From contig OZ024742.1 in NCBI GenBank assembly GCA_964016885.1, positions 14,322,001 to 14,386,000 on the forward strand: 64,000 nucleotides of DNA. The letters run 5' to 3'. Under the pieces are notes generated by a model that saw only the letters and a program-made list of their open reading frames with translations, was not told the DNA's origin and did not search any database. Shown here in pieces: positions 1-13,618 of the stretch (within the stretch, counting starts at the first letter, position 1; every line of letters starts with the position of its first letter). The position numbers and the translations under genes were made by a program. Source of the stretch: Eledone cirrhosa (lineage: Eukaryota).

Positions 1-15
1 ACCAGATAGAAAAAT

Positions 16-969
16 GCGTACAGCAAAAAAAAGTAATATTGTTGGAATATAAACCTTTAAAAGAATAGGACAAGAAACTAAGATAAAACTTTAAAGAATT
101 GGACAAGAAATAAAAAATTTTACAATAATATTAGTGGCAAAATTTTTTTATTTGTTTCCTGTTCTATGCCCCAGTATCTTCTTGATTAGTGCATAATAAT
201 TGTCATGCTCTCATTGTGCGTTGCCCCTGAGCGGTTGGTTCTGGTTGGCTGAGCAGTTCTGCTCCGTCAGAATGACCATTGCAAGAAGAATTGGCCGATG
301 CAGCTGCAGGTCTCCTCCAAGAATGCACTTCTGGTCCCGCAACACCAGATGAAGATGGAGAAGACGACCGGGACAAGATGTCGACTCTGACCACCGACTA
401 CAGCACCTCCCTCAACCACCGGTCCTCCCTCCCTCTGTCCCGTCATCCCTCCAGTCCTCCTGCTCCCCCTTCCTGTACCAGAAAGCTGTGGCACGCATTC
501 ATCTGGACTGCCGGACTTGAACTCAAGGACAAGATGCAAGGAGAAGATGGACGGGTTGGTCAAGATCAAGGATGAGCTGGACGACAAGACCGTCCGCTGC
601 TGCTCAAGATCTGTGCTCATGGGCCCATGGGTCCATTCACATTATGCATGACACATGAGGCGTGTCGCCGAGTGATGAAATAGGGGTATGGTTATGGCCC
701 AATTGGTGTTCAAACCAGGATCAAATGATCCTCCCGGTCTGACGACGACCTCTGAATGTGGAACCCAGAGCCTATGAATGTGGAACTCGATTTTTTACCA
801 ATAAATATTTTGCCACTAATATTATTGTAAAATTTTTTATTTCTTGTCCAATTCTTTAAAGTTTTATCTTAGTTTCTTGTCCTATTCTTTTAAAGTTTTA
901 TTTTAGTTTCTTGTCCTGTATTTTTAAAGCTTTATATTCCAACAATATTACTTTTTTTTGCTGTACGCA
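16..969. mobile_element. Fold-back element with long imperfect inverted arms and a GC-rich core
   Basis: 16-~153 (tgcgtacagcaaaaaaaagtaatattgttggaatataaa...) is the reverse complement of ~800-969. Arms contain internal subrepeats (ggacaagaaa...ttaaa). Core 200-790 is much more GC-rich than the flanks. Possible HHR remnant ggt-CTGACGA...acc at 736-799. Confidence 0.7.
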
Positions 970-972
970 AAT

Positions 973-3900
973 GGTAGATATGGTCTGTTGGTGTCACTAG
1001 TGGTTGTGATGGCTAGATAGGGTCTGTTAGTGTCACTAGTGGTTGTGATGGCTTAATAGGGTCTGTTGGTGTCACTAGTGGTTGTGATGGCTTAATAGAG
1101 TCTGTTGGTGTCACTGGAGGTTGTGATGGCTTAATAGGGTCTGTTGGTGTCACTGGAGGTTGTGTTGGCTTAATAGGGTCTGTTGGTGTCCCTGGAGGTT
1201 AGTAGGCTAGATAGGGTCTGTTGGTGTCACTAGTGGTTGTGATGGCTTAATAGCGTCTGTTGGTGTCACTGGAGGTTGTGATGGCTTAATAGGGTCTGTT
1301 GGTGTCACTGGTGGTTGTGATGGCTAGATAGGGTCTGTTGGTGTCACTGGAGGTTGTGATGGCTTAATAGGGTCTGTTGGTGTCACTGGTGCGTGTGATG
1401 GCTTAATAGGGTCTGTTGGTGTCACTGGAGGGTGTGATGGCTTAATAGGGTCTGTTGGTGTCACTGGAGGTTGTGATGGCTTGATAGGGTCTGTTGGTGT
1501 CACTGGAGGTTGTGATGGCTTGATAGGGTCTGTTGGTGTCACTGGAGGTTGTGATGGCTAGATAGGGTCTGTTGGTGTCACTGGGGGTTGTGATGGCTAG
1601 ATAGGGTCTGTTGGTGTCACTGGAGGTTGTGATGGCTAGATAGGGTCTGTTGGTGTCACTGGAGATTGTGATGGCTAGATAGGGTCTGTTGGTGTCACTG
1701 GAGGTTGTGATGGCTAGATAGGGTATGTTGGTGTCACTGGAGGGTGTGATGGCTAGATAGGGTCTGTTGGTGTCACTGGAGATTGTGATGGCTAGATAGG
1801 GTCTGTTGGTGTCACTGGAGGTTGTGATGGCTAGATAGGGTCTGTTGGTGTCACTGGAGGGTGTGATGGCTAGATAGGGTCTGTTAGTGTCACTAGTGGT
1901 TGTGATGGCTTAATAGGGTCTGTTGGTGTCACTGGAGGTTGTGATGGCTTAATAGGGTCTGTTGGTGTCACTGGAGGTTGTGATGGCTTAATAGGGTCTG
2001 TTGGTGTCACTGGAGGTTGTGATGGCGAAATAGGCTCTGTTGGTGTCACTAGTGGTTGTGATGGCTAGATAGGGTCTGTTAGTGTCACTGGAGGTTGTGA
2101 TGGCTAGATAGGGTCTGTTGCTGTCACTGGAAGGTGTGATGGCTTAATAGGGTCTGTTGGTGTCACTGGAGGGTGTGATGGCTTAATAGGGTCTGTTGGT
2201 GCCACTGGAGGGTGTGATGGCTTAATAGGGTCTGTTGGTGTCACTGGAGGGTGTGATGGCTTAATAGGATCTGTTGGTGTCACTGGAGGTTGTGATGGCT
2301 AGATAGGGTCTGTTGGTGTCACTGGAGGTTATGATGCTATATAGGCTCTGTTGGTGCCACTGGAGGGTGTGATGGCTAGATAGGGTCTGTTGGTGTAACT
2401 GGAGGATGTGATGGGTTAATAGAGTCTGTTGGTGTCACTTGAGGGTGTGATGGCTTAATAGGGTCTGTTGGTGTCACTAGTGGTTGTGATGGCTAGATAG
2501 GGTCTGTTGGTGTCACTGGAGGGTGTGATGGTTTAATAGGGTCTGTTGGTGTCAGTGGAGGGTGTGATGGCTAGATAGGGTCTGTTGATGTCATTGGAGG
2601 TTGTGATGGCTTAATAGGGTCTGTTGGTGTCACTAGTGGTTGTTATGGCTAGATAGGGTCTGTTGGTGTCACTGGAGGTAGTGATGGCTTAATAGGGTCT
2701 GTTGGTGTCACTGGAGGGTGTGATGGCTTAATAGGGTCTGTTGGTGTCACTAGTGGTTGTGATGGCTAGATAGGGTCTGTTGGTGCCACTGGGGGTTGTA
2801 ATGGCTTAATAGGGTCTGTTTGTGTCACTGGAGGGTGTGATGGCTTAATAGGGTCTGTTGGTGTTACTGGAGGTTGTGATGGCTTAATAGGGTCTGTTGG
2901 TGTCACTAGTAGTTGTGATGGCTAGATAGGGTCTGTTGGTGTCACTGGAGGTTGTGATGGCTTAATAGGGTCTGTTGGTGTCACTGGAGGTTGTAATGGC
3001 TTAATAAGGTGTTATTGGTGTCACTAGTGGTTGTGATGGCTTAATAGGGTCTGTTGGTGTCACTGGAGGTTGTGATGGCTAGATAGGGTCTGTAGGTGTC
3101 ACTGGAGGTTGTGATGGCTAGATAGGGTCTGTTAGTGTCACTGGAGGTTGTGATGGCTTAATAGGGTCTGTTGGTGTCACTGGAGGTTGTGATGGCTAGA
3201 AAGGGTCTGTTGGTGTCACTAGTGGTTGTGATGGCTAGATAGGGTCTGTTAGTGTCACTAGTGGTTGTGATGGCTTAATAGGGTCTGTTGGTGTCACTGG
3301 AGGTTGTGATGGCTAGATAGGGTCTGTTAGTGTCACTGGAGGTTGTGATTGCTTAATAGGGTCTGTTGGTGTCACTGGAGGTTGTGATAGCTAGATAGGG
3401 TCTGTTGGTGTCACTGGAGGTTGTGATGGCTAGATAGGGTCTGTTGGTGTCACTGGAGGTTGTGATGGCTTAATAGGGTCTGTTGGTGTCACTGGAGGGT
3501 GTGATGGCTTAATAGGGTCTGTTGGTGTCACTGGAGGTTGTGATGGCTTAATAGGGTCTGTTGGTGTCACTGGAGGTTGTAATGGCTTAATAGGGTCTGT
3601 TGGTGTCACTAGTGGTTGTGATGGCTTAATAGGGTCTGTTGGTGTCACTGGAGGTTGTGATGGCTAGATAGGGTCTGTTGGTGTCACTGGAGGTTGTGAT
3701 GGCTAGATAGGGTCTGTTAGTGTCACTGGAGGTTTGTGATGGCTTAATAGGGTCTGTTGGTGTCACTGGAGGTTGTGATGGCTAGATAGCGTCTTGAGGT
3801 TGTGATGGCTTAATAGGGTCTGTTGGTGTTACTGGAGGTTGTGATGGCTAGCTAGGGTCTGTTGGTGTCACTAGTGGTTGTGATGGCTAGATAGGGTCTG

Positions 3901-6900
3901 TTGGTGTCACTGGAGGTTGTGATGGCTAGATAGGGTCTGTTAGTGTCACTAGTGGTTGTGATGGCTTAATAGGGTCTGTTGTTGTCACTGGAGGTTGTGA
4001 TGGCTAGCTAGGGTCTGTTGGTGTCACTAGTGGTTGTGATGGCTAGATAGGGTCTGTTGGTGTCACTGGAGGTTGTGATGGCTAGATAGGGTCTGTTAGT
4101 GTCACTAGTGGTTGTGATGGCTAGATAGGGTCTGTTGGTGTCACTGGAGGTTGTGATGGCTAGATAGGGTCTGTTAGTGTCACTGGAGGTTGTGATGGCT
4201 AGATAGGGTCTGTTGGTGTCACTGGAGGGTGTGATGGCTTAACATGGTCTGTTGGTGCCACTGGAGGGTGTGATGGCTTAATAGGGTCTGTTGGTGTCAC
4301 TAGTGGTTGTGATGGCTATATAGGGTCTGTTGGTGTCACTGGAGGTTGTGATGGCTAGATAGGGTCTGTTGGTGTCACTGGAGGTTGTGATGGCTAGATA
4401 TGGTCTGTTGGTGTCACTAGTGGTTGTGATGGCTAGATAGGGTCTGTTAGTGTCACTAGTGGTTGTGATGGCTTAATAGGGTCTGTTGGTGTCACTGGAG
4501 GTTGTGATGGCTAGATAGGGTCTGTTGGTGTCACTGGAGGTTGTGATGGCTTAATAGGGTCTGTTGGTGTCACTGGAGGTTGTGATGGCTTAATAGGGTC
4601 TGTTGGTGTCACTGGAGGTTGTGATGGCGAAATAGGCTCTGTTGGTGTCACTAGTGGTTGTGATGGCTAGATAGGGTCGGTTGGTGTCACTGGAGGTTGT
4701 AATGGCTTAATAGTGTCTGTTGGTGTCACTAGTGGTTGTGATGGCTTAATAGGGTCTGTTGGTGTCACTGGAGGTTGTGATGGCTAGATAGGGTCTGTTG
4801 GTGTCAATGGAGGTTGTGATGGCTTAATGGGGTCTGTTGGTGTCACTGGAGGGTGTGATGGCTTAATAGGGTCTGTTGGTGTCACTGGAGGGTGTGATGG
4901 CTTAATAGGGTCTGTTAGTGTCACTAGTGGTTGTGATGGCTAGATGGGGTCTGTTAGTGTCACTGGAGGTTGTGATGGCTTAATAGGGTCTGTTGGTGTA
5001 ACTGGAGGTTGTGATGGCTAGATAGGGTCTGTTAGTGTCACTAGTGGTTGTGTTGGCTTAATAGGGTCTGTTAGTGTCACTAGTGGTTGTGATGGCTATA
5101 TAGGGTCTGTTGGTGTCACTGGAGGGTGTGATGGCTTAATAGGGTCTGTTGGTGTCACTGGAGGTTGTGATGGCTAGATAGGGTCTGTTAGTGTCACTAG
5201 TGGTTGTGATGGCTTAATAGGGTCTGTTGGTGTAACTGGAGGTTGTGATGGCTAGATAGGGTCTGTTAGTGTCACTAGTGGTTGTGTTTGCTTAATAGGG
5301 TCTGTTAGTGTCACTAGTGGTTGTGATGGCTATATAGGGTCTGTTGGTGTCACTGGAGGGGGTGATGGCTTAATAGGGTTTGTTGGTGTCACTGGAGGTT
5401 AGTAGGCTAGATAGGGTCTGTTGGTGTCACTGGAGGTTGTGATGGCTATATAGGGTCTGTTGCTGTCACTGGAGGGTGTGATGGCTTAATAGGGTCTGTT
5501 GGTGTCACTGGAGGTTGTGATGGCTTAATAGGGTCTGTTGGTGTCACTGGAGGGTGTGATGGCTTAATAGGGTCTGTTGGTGTCACTGGAGGTTGTGTTG
5601 GCTATATAGTGTCTGTTAGTGTCACTAGTGGTTGTGTTGGCTTAATAGGGTCTGTTGGTGTCACTGGAGGGTGTGATGGCTTAATAGGGTCTGTTGGTGT
5701 CACTGGCGGGTGTGATGGCTTAATAGGGTCTGTTGGTGTCACTAGTGGTTGTGATGGCTAGATAGGGTCTGTTGGTGTCACTGGAGGTTGTGATGGCTAG
5801 ATAGGGTCTGTTGGTGTCACTGGAGGTTGTGATGACTAGATCGGGTCTGTTGGTGTCACTAGTTGTTGTGATGGCTAGATAGGGTCTGTTAGTGTCACTG
5901 GAGGTTGTGATGGCTTAATAGGGTCTGTTGGTGTCACTGGAGGGTGTGATGGCTTAATAGGATGTGTTGGTGTCACTGGAGGTTGTGATGGCTATATAGG
6001 GTCTGTTGCTGTCACTGGAGGGTGTGATGGCTTAATAGGGTCTGTTGGTGTCACTGGAGGGTGTGATGGCTTAATAGGGTCTGTTGGTGTCACTGGAGGG
6101 TGTGATGGCTTAATAGGGTCTGTTAGTGTCACTAGTGGTTGTGATGGCTAGATGGGGTCTGTTAGTGTCACTGGAGGTTGTGATGGCTTAATAGGGTCTG
6201 TTGGTGTAACTGGAGGTTGTGATGGCTAGATAGGGTCTGTTAGTGTCACTAGTGGTTGTGTTGGCTTAATAGGGTCTGTTAGTGTCACTAGTGGTTGTGA
6301 TGGCTATATAGGGTCTGTTGGTGTCACTGGAGGGTGTGATGGCTTAATAGGGTCTGTTGGTGTCACTGGAGGTTGTGATGGCTAGATAGGGTCTGTTAGT
6401 GTCACTAGTGGTTGTGATGGCTTAATAGGGTCTGTTGGTGTAACTGGAGGTTGTGATGGCTAGATAGGGTCTGTTAGTGTCACTAGTGGTTGTGTTGGCT
6501 TAATAGGGTCTGTTAGTGTCACTAGTGGTTGTGATGGCTATATAGGGTCTGTTGGTGTCACTGGAGGGGGTGATGGCTTAATAGGGTTTGTTGGTGTCAC
6601 TGGAGGTTAGTAGGCTAGATAGGGTCTGTTGGTGTCACTGGAGGTTGTGATGGCTTAATAGGGTCTGTTGGTGTCACTGGAGGGTGTGATGGCTTAATAG
6701 GGTCTGTTGGTGTCACTGGAGGTTGTGTTGGCTATATAGTGTCTGTTGCTGTCACTGGAGGGTGTGATGGCTTAATAGGGTCTGTTGGTGTCACTGGAGG
6801 TTGTGATGGCTATATAGGGTCTGTTAGTGTCACTGGAGGTTGTGATGGCTAGATAGGGTCTGTTGGTGTCACTGTAGGTTGTGATGGCTAGATAGGGTCT

Positions 6901-7768
6901 GTTGGTGACACTGGAGGTTGTTATGGCTATATAGGGTCTGTTGGTGTCACTAGTGGTTGTGATGGCTAGATAGGGTCTGTTGGTGTCACTGGAGGTTGTG
7001 ATGGCTTAATAGGGTCTGTTGGTGTCACTGGAGGGTGTGATGGCTAGGTAGGGTCTGTTGGTGTCACTGTAGTTTGTGATGGCTAGATAGGGTCTGTTAG
7101 TGTCACTGGAGGTTGTGATGGCTAGATAGGGTCTGTTGGTGTCACTGTAGGTTGTGATGGCTATATAGGGTCTGTTAGTGTCACTGGAGGTTGTGATGGC
7201 TAGATAGGGTCTGTTGGTGTCACTGTAGGTTGTGATGGCTAGATAGGGTCTGTTGGTGACACTGGAGGTTGTTATGGCTATATAGGGTCTGTTGGTGTCA
7301 CTAGTGGTTGTTATGGCTAGATAGGGTCTGTTGGTGTCACTGGAGGGTGTGATGGCTTAATAGGGTCTGTTGGCGTCACTGAAGGTTGTGATGGCTATAT
7401 AGGGTCTGTTGCTGTCACTGGAGGGTGTGATGGCTTAATAGGGTCTGTTGGTGTCACTGGAGGTTGTGATGGCTATATAGGGTCTGTTAGTGTCACTGGC
7501 GGTTGTTATGGCTATATAGGGTCTGTTAGTGTCACTAGTGGTTGTGATGGCTATATAGGGTCTGTTAGTGTCACTAGAGGTTGTGATGGCTATATAGGGT
7601 CTGTTGGTGTCACTAGTGGTTGTGATGGCTATATAGGGTCTGTTGGTGTCATTGGAGGGTGTGATGGTTTAATAGGAGGGGGTGCTGTTGGTGTCACTGG
7701 AGGGTGTGATGGCTATATAGGCTCTGTTGGTGTCACTGGAGGGTCTGATGCTTTACTAGGGGGGCTGT
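973..7768. repeat. 39-bp minisatellite array, ~6.8 kb (~170 units), intronic
   Basis: Unit ATAGGGTCTGTTGGTGTCACTGGAGGTTGTGATGGCT(AG/TA) repeated head-to-tail with interspersed variants. Confidence 0.97.
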
Positions 7769-8225
7769 TGATTGTAAATTAAAGTATATCTGAATATTTA
7801 GAATAAATCTGTGTTTTTGGACTGGAGTTTTGTGACTCTTGGTACAGTTCTCATTTAATAGAATTATCAGTAATACTTCCTGCTCTAATTATGCATGACT
7901 CATTTATCTTCTATCTATATAATGTTTATGATCATCTTTATTTAACTCATCGAGGAGGGGGGAGGGCGGTGATAAAGATGATATTGATTACAGGTCTCAA
8001 TTGTTTTAATTATATTTTAATTACAGATGTTATAACGACCTGTGATTTGGAAAATACTAATAAATGACATTTTAATCATTTCTTTAGGTACAACACTGCC
8101 GTTCCTCTCATTGCTTTTTATAGTTTGAGCCAGTATTTAGAGTTTGCGGAATAAATTCAACTTTTCCTTTCTCTCTCACTCTCTCTCTCTTTCTCCCTCT
8201 CTCTCTTTGCTATAGTATATATTTC

Positions 8226-8256
<31 letters not shown>

Positions 8257-8260
8257 TGTG

Positions 8261-8513
8261 TATAGTGAAATAAGATACCAAGGACGATTGGTTACTCCTT
8301 CATTACATTTATTGGTTGGTGACGGCCGTTTCACCACTGATCAGCTCAAGGTACGATCTGTATCGATCTGAGCCGACTCTGTAATCCGCAGCTCGTCAAA
8401 CCCCTTGTAATGGTAATTACGATTACCAGCTGATCAGTGGCGAAACATGCGTCACCAACCAATAAACGTAATGAAGGAGTAACCAATCATCCTTGTTATT
8501 TTATTTCACTATA
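8261..8513. mobile_element. Fold-back non-autonomous PLE-like insertion with duplicated 3' half of a hammerhead motif
   Basis: Arms ~8261-8346 and ~8428-8513 are inverted copies. Each carries GAAAC-NNNN-GTC followed by accaaccAATAAA. Flanked by (TA)n. Confidence 0.7.
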
Positions 8514-8889
8514 ATACACTCTGTCTAGCTCTACACCTCGACACTGAAGTGAACCTAAACATCGAGTGCTCACCCGGGTGAACCTACAGTAACTCCAAGT
8601 TACACTCCCTGGATATATATGTATATATATATGTATATAATCTTGTGACCAATTATTTCTGTTCTAGTTTGTATTAGAAAGCAATAAGTAATTAAATATG
8701 AGAGTGTTTTGATATCCATTTTAGGTCCATATACTGTTGAGAGTGCTGTGAAAGATGGTAGTGCACACTCACAGCTACTAGCTATTGGTGATTTATCACA
8801 GCTAAAATGTAAGTCTGTGACCTCTACTTTAGTATCTACTACTGACAACTACTACCTTTCATCTTTTAACCTTCAATGACATTCTATCT

Positions 8890-9225
8890 TAAATACATTC
8901 CATAGCTGGCCACCCCTACTGAAGTACAACAAACTCCATAGCTGGCCACTCCTACTGTAGTTTAACATATTCCATAACTGGCCACCTCCACTGAACAAAC
9001 TACAAAACTGACCACCTCCACTGAAGTACAACAAACTCCATAACTGACCACCTCCACTGAAGTACAACAAACTCCATAACTGACCACCTCCACTGAAGTA
9101 CAACAAACTCCATAGCTGACCACCCCCATTCAACATAAACATACTCAGCTACTCAAATTCCATAGCTGGCCACCACACAACTTTAACAAACTCCACAGCT
9201 GGCCACCACCACTGAAATTTAACAT
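8890..9225. repeat. Degenerate ~39-bp tandem repeat
   Basis: Repeated cactgaagtacaacaaactccata(a/g)ctg(a/g)ccacc units. Confidence 0.85.
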
Positions 9226-9547
9226 TCACAGCTCCCCAGTCTCTATAATTGTTGTATATTACTAATCATGGGTACCACAATAATCAGTCTCTCTTTCAAC
9301 TATTGACTTTATTAGATCTGAAGGTTGTCAATTATATATTTTATATCTACCTGACTCTCTACCTTTCAGGTTTGTCTATATTTTATCTCACATCCACCAT
9401 TAAAATGTTTCTTTTATCTTTTATCGTAACTTAATGTTGTCTCTATTATTGAAGCCGCTGTATATATGTTGATTTGAAATATTTAACATCCTACGTCAGT
9501 TTATGAATATGTCAGTAATAGAACTCTTTCTCTCTTTATTGTTAGAA

Positions 9548-9748
9548 ACATTATATTGGGACATAGTTCTATCAGTGTTCACATTATATTGGGACATAGT
9601 TCTATCACTGTTCACATTATATTGGGACACAGTTCTATCAATGTTCACATTATATTGGGACATAGTTCTATCACTGTTCACATTATATCGGAACACAGTT
9701 CTATCACTGTTCACATTATATTGGGACACAGTTCTATCACTGTTCACT
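9548..9748. repeat. 33-bp tandem repeat (~6 copies)
   Basis: Unit acattatattgggaca(t/c)agttctatcactgttc. Confidence 0.9.
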
Positions 9749-9919
9749 GTAGTTTAGTGTCTGTCTTAATTACTTTATCAATGACCTCCCAGTCTAAATA
9801 TTGTCTTAGCAACTATATATAGTGCTAAACAACTCACCAATAACTCTATAATAATAATAATTCTACTACTTATATTATATTGTCTGCTTAGCAAAGATAT
9901 TCTGAAATTATCATATTGA

Positions 9920-10150
9920 GGGTGGTGGGTCGGTAGAGCATCAGACAACATGTTTGGCAGTATTTGCTTCAATCTTTAGATTCTGACTTCAAATCCTGCT
10001 GCGGTCAACTTTGTATTTCTTCCTTCCAGAGTTGATAAAGTAGCAGTAAACTACTGGGGTGGTGGTGGTGGGGGGGGGGGGGGGGGGGGGGGTCTATGTA
10101 TTTGACTTTCCCTCACCACAAATTACTGGCCTTTAGCCTGAATTAGGAAA
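9920..10150 (+). mobile_element. Degenerate tRNA-derived SINE
   Basis: B-box-like gacttcaaatcc followed by ggtcaactttg...gttgataaa...tactgggg...ttgactttccc...ctggcctt. Homologous to copies at 15365-15560 and 21770-22157. Contains a poly-G expansion at 10068-10092. Confidence 0.65.
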
Positions 10151-10310
10151 TCCTTATTTAGTTAGTGTTAGCAAGAGTTTTGTAGAGTCCCTGCTCCAAC
10201 AATTTATAGGAGACATAATTAAATGGACACAAACATGAGTCAACAAAACACAACTAGTTTGATTTTTAGTGAACCTTTTTCATAAGGAATCACCTGAAAC
10301 TACCCTTAGT

Positions 10311-13041
10311 TCTGTCTCTAACCCTATACTATCACTAAATCTACAATATCTAACCCTATACTATCACTAAATCTACTGTCTCTAACCCTATACTATCACT
10401 AAATCTACAATATCTAACCCTATACTATCACTAAATCTACAATATCTAACCCTATACTATCACTAAATCTACTGTCTCTAACCCTATACTATCACTAAAT
10501 CTACTGTCTCTAACCCTATACTGTCACTAAATCTACTGTCTCTAACCCTATACTGTCACTAAATCTACTGTCTCTAACCCTATACTATCACTAAATCTAC
10601 AATATCTAACCCTATACTGTCACTAAATCTACAATATCTAACCCTATACTGTCACTAAATCTACAATATCTAACCCTATACTACCACTAAATCTACAATA
10701 TCTAACCCTATACTATCACTAAATCTACAATATCTAACCCTATACTATCACTAAATCTACTGTCTCTAACCCTATACTATCACTAAATCTACAATATCTA
10801 ACCCTATACTATCACTAAATCTACAATCTCTAACCCTATACTATCACTAAATCTACTGTCTCTAACCCTATACTATCACTAAATCTACAATATCTAACCC
10901 TATACTATCACTAAATCTACTGTCTCTAACCCTATACTATCACTAAATCTACAATATCTAACCCTATACTATCACTAAATCTACTGTCTCTAACCCTATA
11001 CTGTCACTAAATCTACAATATCTAACCCTATACTATCACTAAATCTACTGTCTCTAACCCTATACTACCACTAAATCTACAATCTCTAACCCTATACTGT
11101 CACTAAATCTACTGTCTCTAACCCTATACTACCACTAAATCTACAATATCTAACCCTATACTATCACTAAATCTACTGTCTCTAACCCTATACTACCACT
11201 AAATCTACAATCTCTAACCCTATACTATCACTAAATCTACAATATCTAACCCTATACTATCGCTAAATCTACAATCTCTAACCCTATACTACCACTAAAT
11301 CTACAATCTCTAACCCTATACTATCACTAAATCTACTGTCTCTAACCCTATACTATCACTAAATCTACAATATCTAACCCTATACTATCACTAAATCTAC
11401 TGTCTCTAACCCTATACTACCACTAAATCTACAATATCTAACCCTATACTATCACTAAATCTACAATATCTAACCCTATACTATCACTAAATCTACCGTC
11501 TCTAACCCTATACTATCACTAAATCTACAATATCTAACCCTATACTATCACTAAATCTACAATCTCTAACCCTATACTATCACTAAATCTACTGTCTCTA
11601 ACCCTATACTATCACTAAATCTACAATATCTAACCCTATACTATCACTAAATCTACTGTCTCTAACCCTATACTATCACTAAATCTACAATATCTAACTC
11701 TATACTATCCTAAATCTACTGTCTCTAACCCTATACTATCACTAAATCTACAATATCTAACCCTATACTATCACTAAATCTACAATATCTAACCCTATAC
11801 TATCACTAAATCTACTGTCTCTAACCCTATACTGTCACTAAATCTACAATATCTAACCCTATACTATCACTAAATCTACAATCTCTAACCCTATACTATC
11901 ACTAAATCTACTGTCTCTAACCCTATACTATCACTAAATCTACAATATCTAACCCTATACTATCACTAAATCTACAATATCTAACCCTATACTATCACTA
12001 AATCTACAATATCTAACCCTATACTATCACTAAATCTACTGTCTCTAACCCTATACTATCACTAAATCTACTGTCTGTAACCCTATACTATCACTAAATC
12101 TACAATATCTAACCCTATACTATCACTAAATCTACAATATTTAACCCTATACTATCACTAAATCTACTGTCTCTAACCCTATACTATCACTAAATCTACA
12201 ATATCTAACCCTATACTATCACTAAATCTACAATATCTAACCCTATACTATCACTAAATCTACTGTCTCTAACCCTATACTATCACTAAATCTACTGTCT
12301 CTAACCCTATACTGTCACTAAATCTACTGTCTCTAACCCTATACTGTCACTAAATCTACTGTCTCTAACCCTATACTATCACTAAATCTACAATATCTAA
12401 CCCTATACTGTCACTAAATCTACAATATCTAACCCTATACTGTCACTAAATCTACAATATCTAACCCTATACTACCACTAAATCTACAATATCTAACCCT
12501 ATACTATCACTAAATCTACAATATCTAACCCTATACTATCACTAAATCTACTGTCTCTAACCCTATACTATCACTAAATCTACAATATCTAACCCTATAC
12601 TATCACTAAATCTACAATCTCTAACCCTATACTATCACTAAATCTACTGTCTCTAACCCTATACTATCACTAAATCTACAATATCTAACCCTATACTATC
12701 ACTAAATCTACTGTCTCTAACCCTATACTATCACTAAATCTACAATATCTAACCCTATACTATCACTAAATCTACTGTCTCTAACCCTATACTATCACTA
12801 AATCTACAATATCTAACCCTATACTATCACTAAATCTACAATATCTAACCCTATACTATCACTAAATCTACTGTCTCTAACCCTATACTATCACTAAATC
12901 TACTGTCTCTAACCCTATACTATCACTGAATCTACAATATCTAACCCTATACTATCAGTAAATCTACAATATCTAACCCTATACTATCACTAAATATACT
13001 GTCTTTAACCCTATACTATCACTAAATCTACTGTCTCTAAT
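10311..13041. repeat. 32-bp minisatellite array (~85 units) containing CTAACCCTA
   Basis: Unit tctaaccctatactatcactaaatctac(aata/tgtc). Confidence 0.97.
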
Positions 13042-13374
13042 CCTACTCTAATTATTCTTCTGAGCTGAAGTTTGGTTGGGGGTTTGTTTAATTATTAACC
13101 TGAACCTTTGAATAGCTTTAAAAAAGTTTCTAAAAATAGAAAGAAAATGAAACCACTACCATAATCCATGTTTGTCCTCTAAGAAAGTCTCAATTGTTTG
13201 ACTACTAAAATTAGATTCTAAAATATTCTTGTAATGACAAATACTAAAATACTCACACACATTCTGCTAGTTGGAACCTAAGACATTTTAAAGGGGTTTT
13301 ACAATGGATAATTCTTTTTATGTTTTGTTTATTTTCGTTTGTTTATCTTTTTACTTTTCTAATTTTGTTTCCAG

Positions 13375-13618
13375 TGACTGGTGCTAGTTTTGTAGTTTTC
13401 AATGGAGCTTTGAAGGCAAGTTCTGGCCTAACAGCCAAGTCATCTATTGTAGAAGATGGCTTAATGGTTCAAATTAGCCCAGATTCTATGGCTGCACTGA
13501 AGCAATCCATGAAAGATATGACAACATATACAATTGGTTGTGGCAGTTTGTCTAACAGCATTCCTGATGAAATTGTTCTTGTACGTTGGGTAGAGGATGA
13601 TAAAAACGTCAATATTGG
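13375..13618 (+). CDS. ZFYVE9: ZFYVE9/ZFYVE16 (SARA/endofin) C-terminal domain, coding exon (third from last)
   Basis: Encodes (V)TGASFVVFNGALKASSGLTAKSSIVEDGLMVQI..., the conserved SARA C-terminal region. Polypyrimidine tract plus ccag acceptor ending at 13374. Donor gtaag at 13619 (phase 2). Confidence 0.93.

Noticed and set aside
1324-3648. Mucin-like ORFs (PPVTPTDPIKPSQ)
   Set aside because: Chance open stretches in the 39-bp minisatellite; frequent TAG units and no splice or start context.
8600-8848. Minus-strand 82-aa ORF
   Set aside because: No recognisable homology, runs into (TA)n, and is not a ZFYVE9 exon.
973-13041. CRISPR-like arrays
   Set aside because: Units are head-to-tail with no unique spacers, the context is eukaryotic, and there are no cas genes.
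13563-13573. CTGATGAAA in the ZFYVE9 exon as a hammerhead
   Set aside because: Coding sequence (PDE) with no stem II or stem I.
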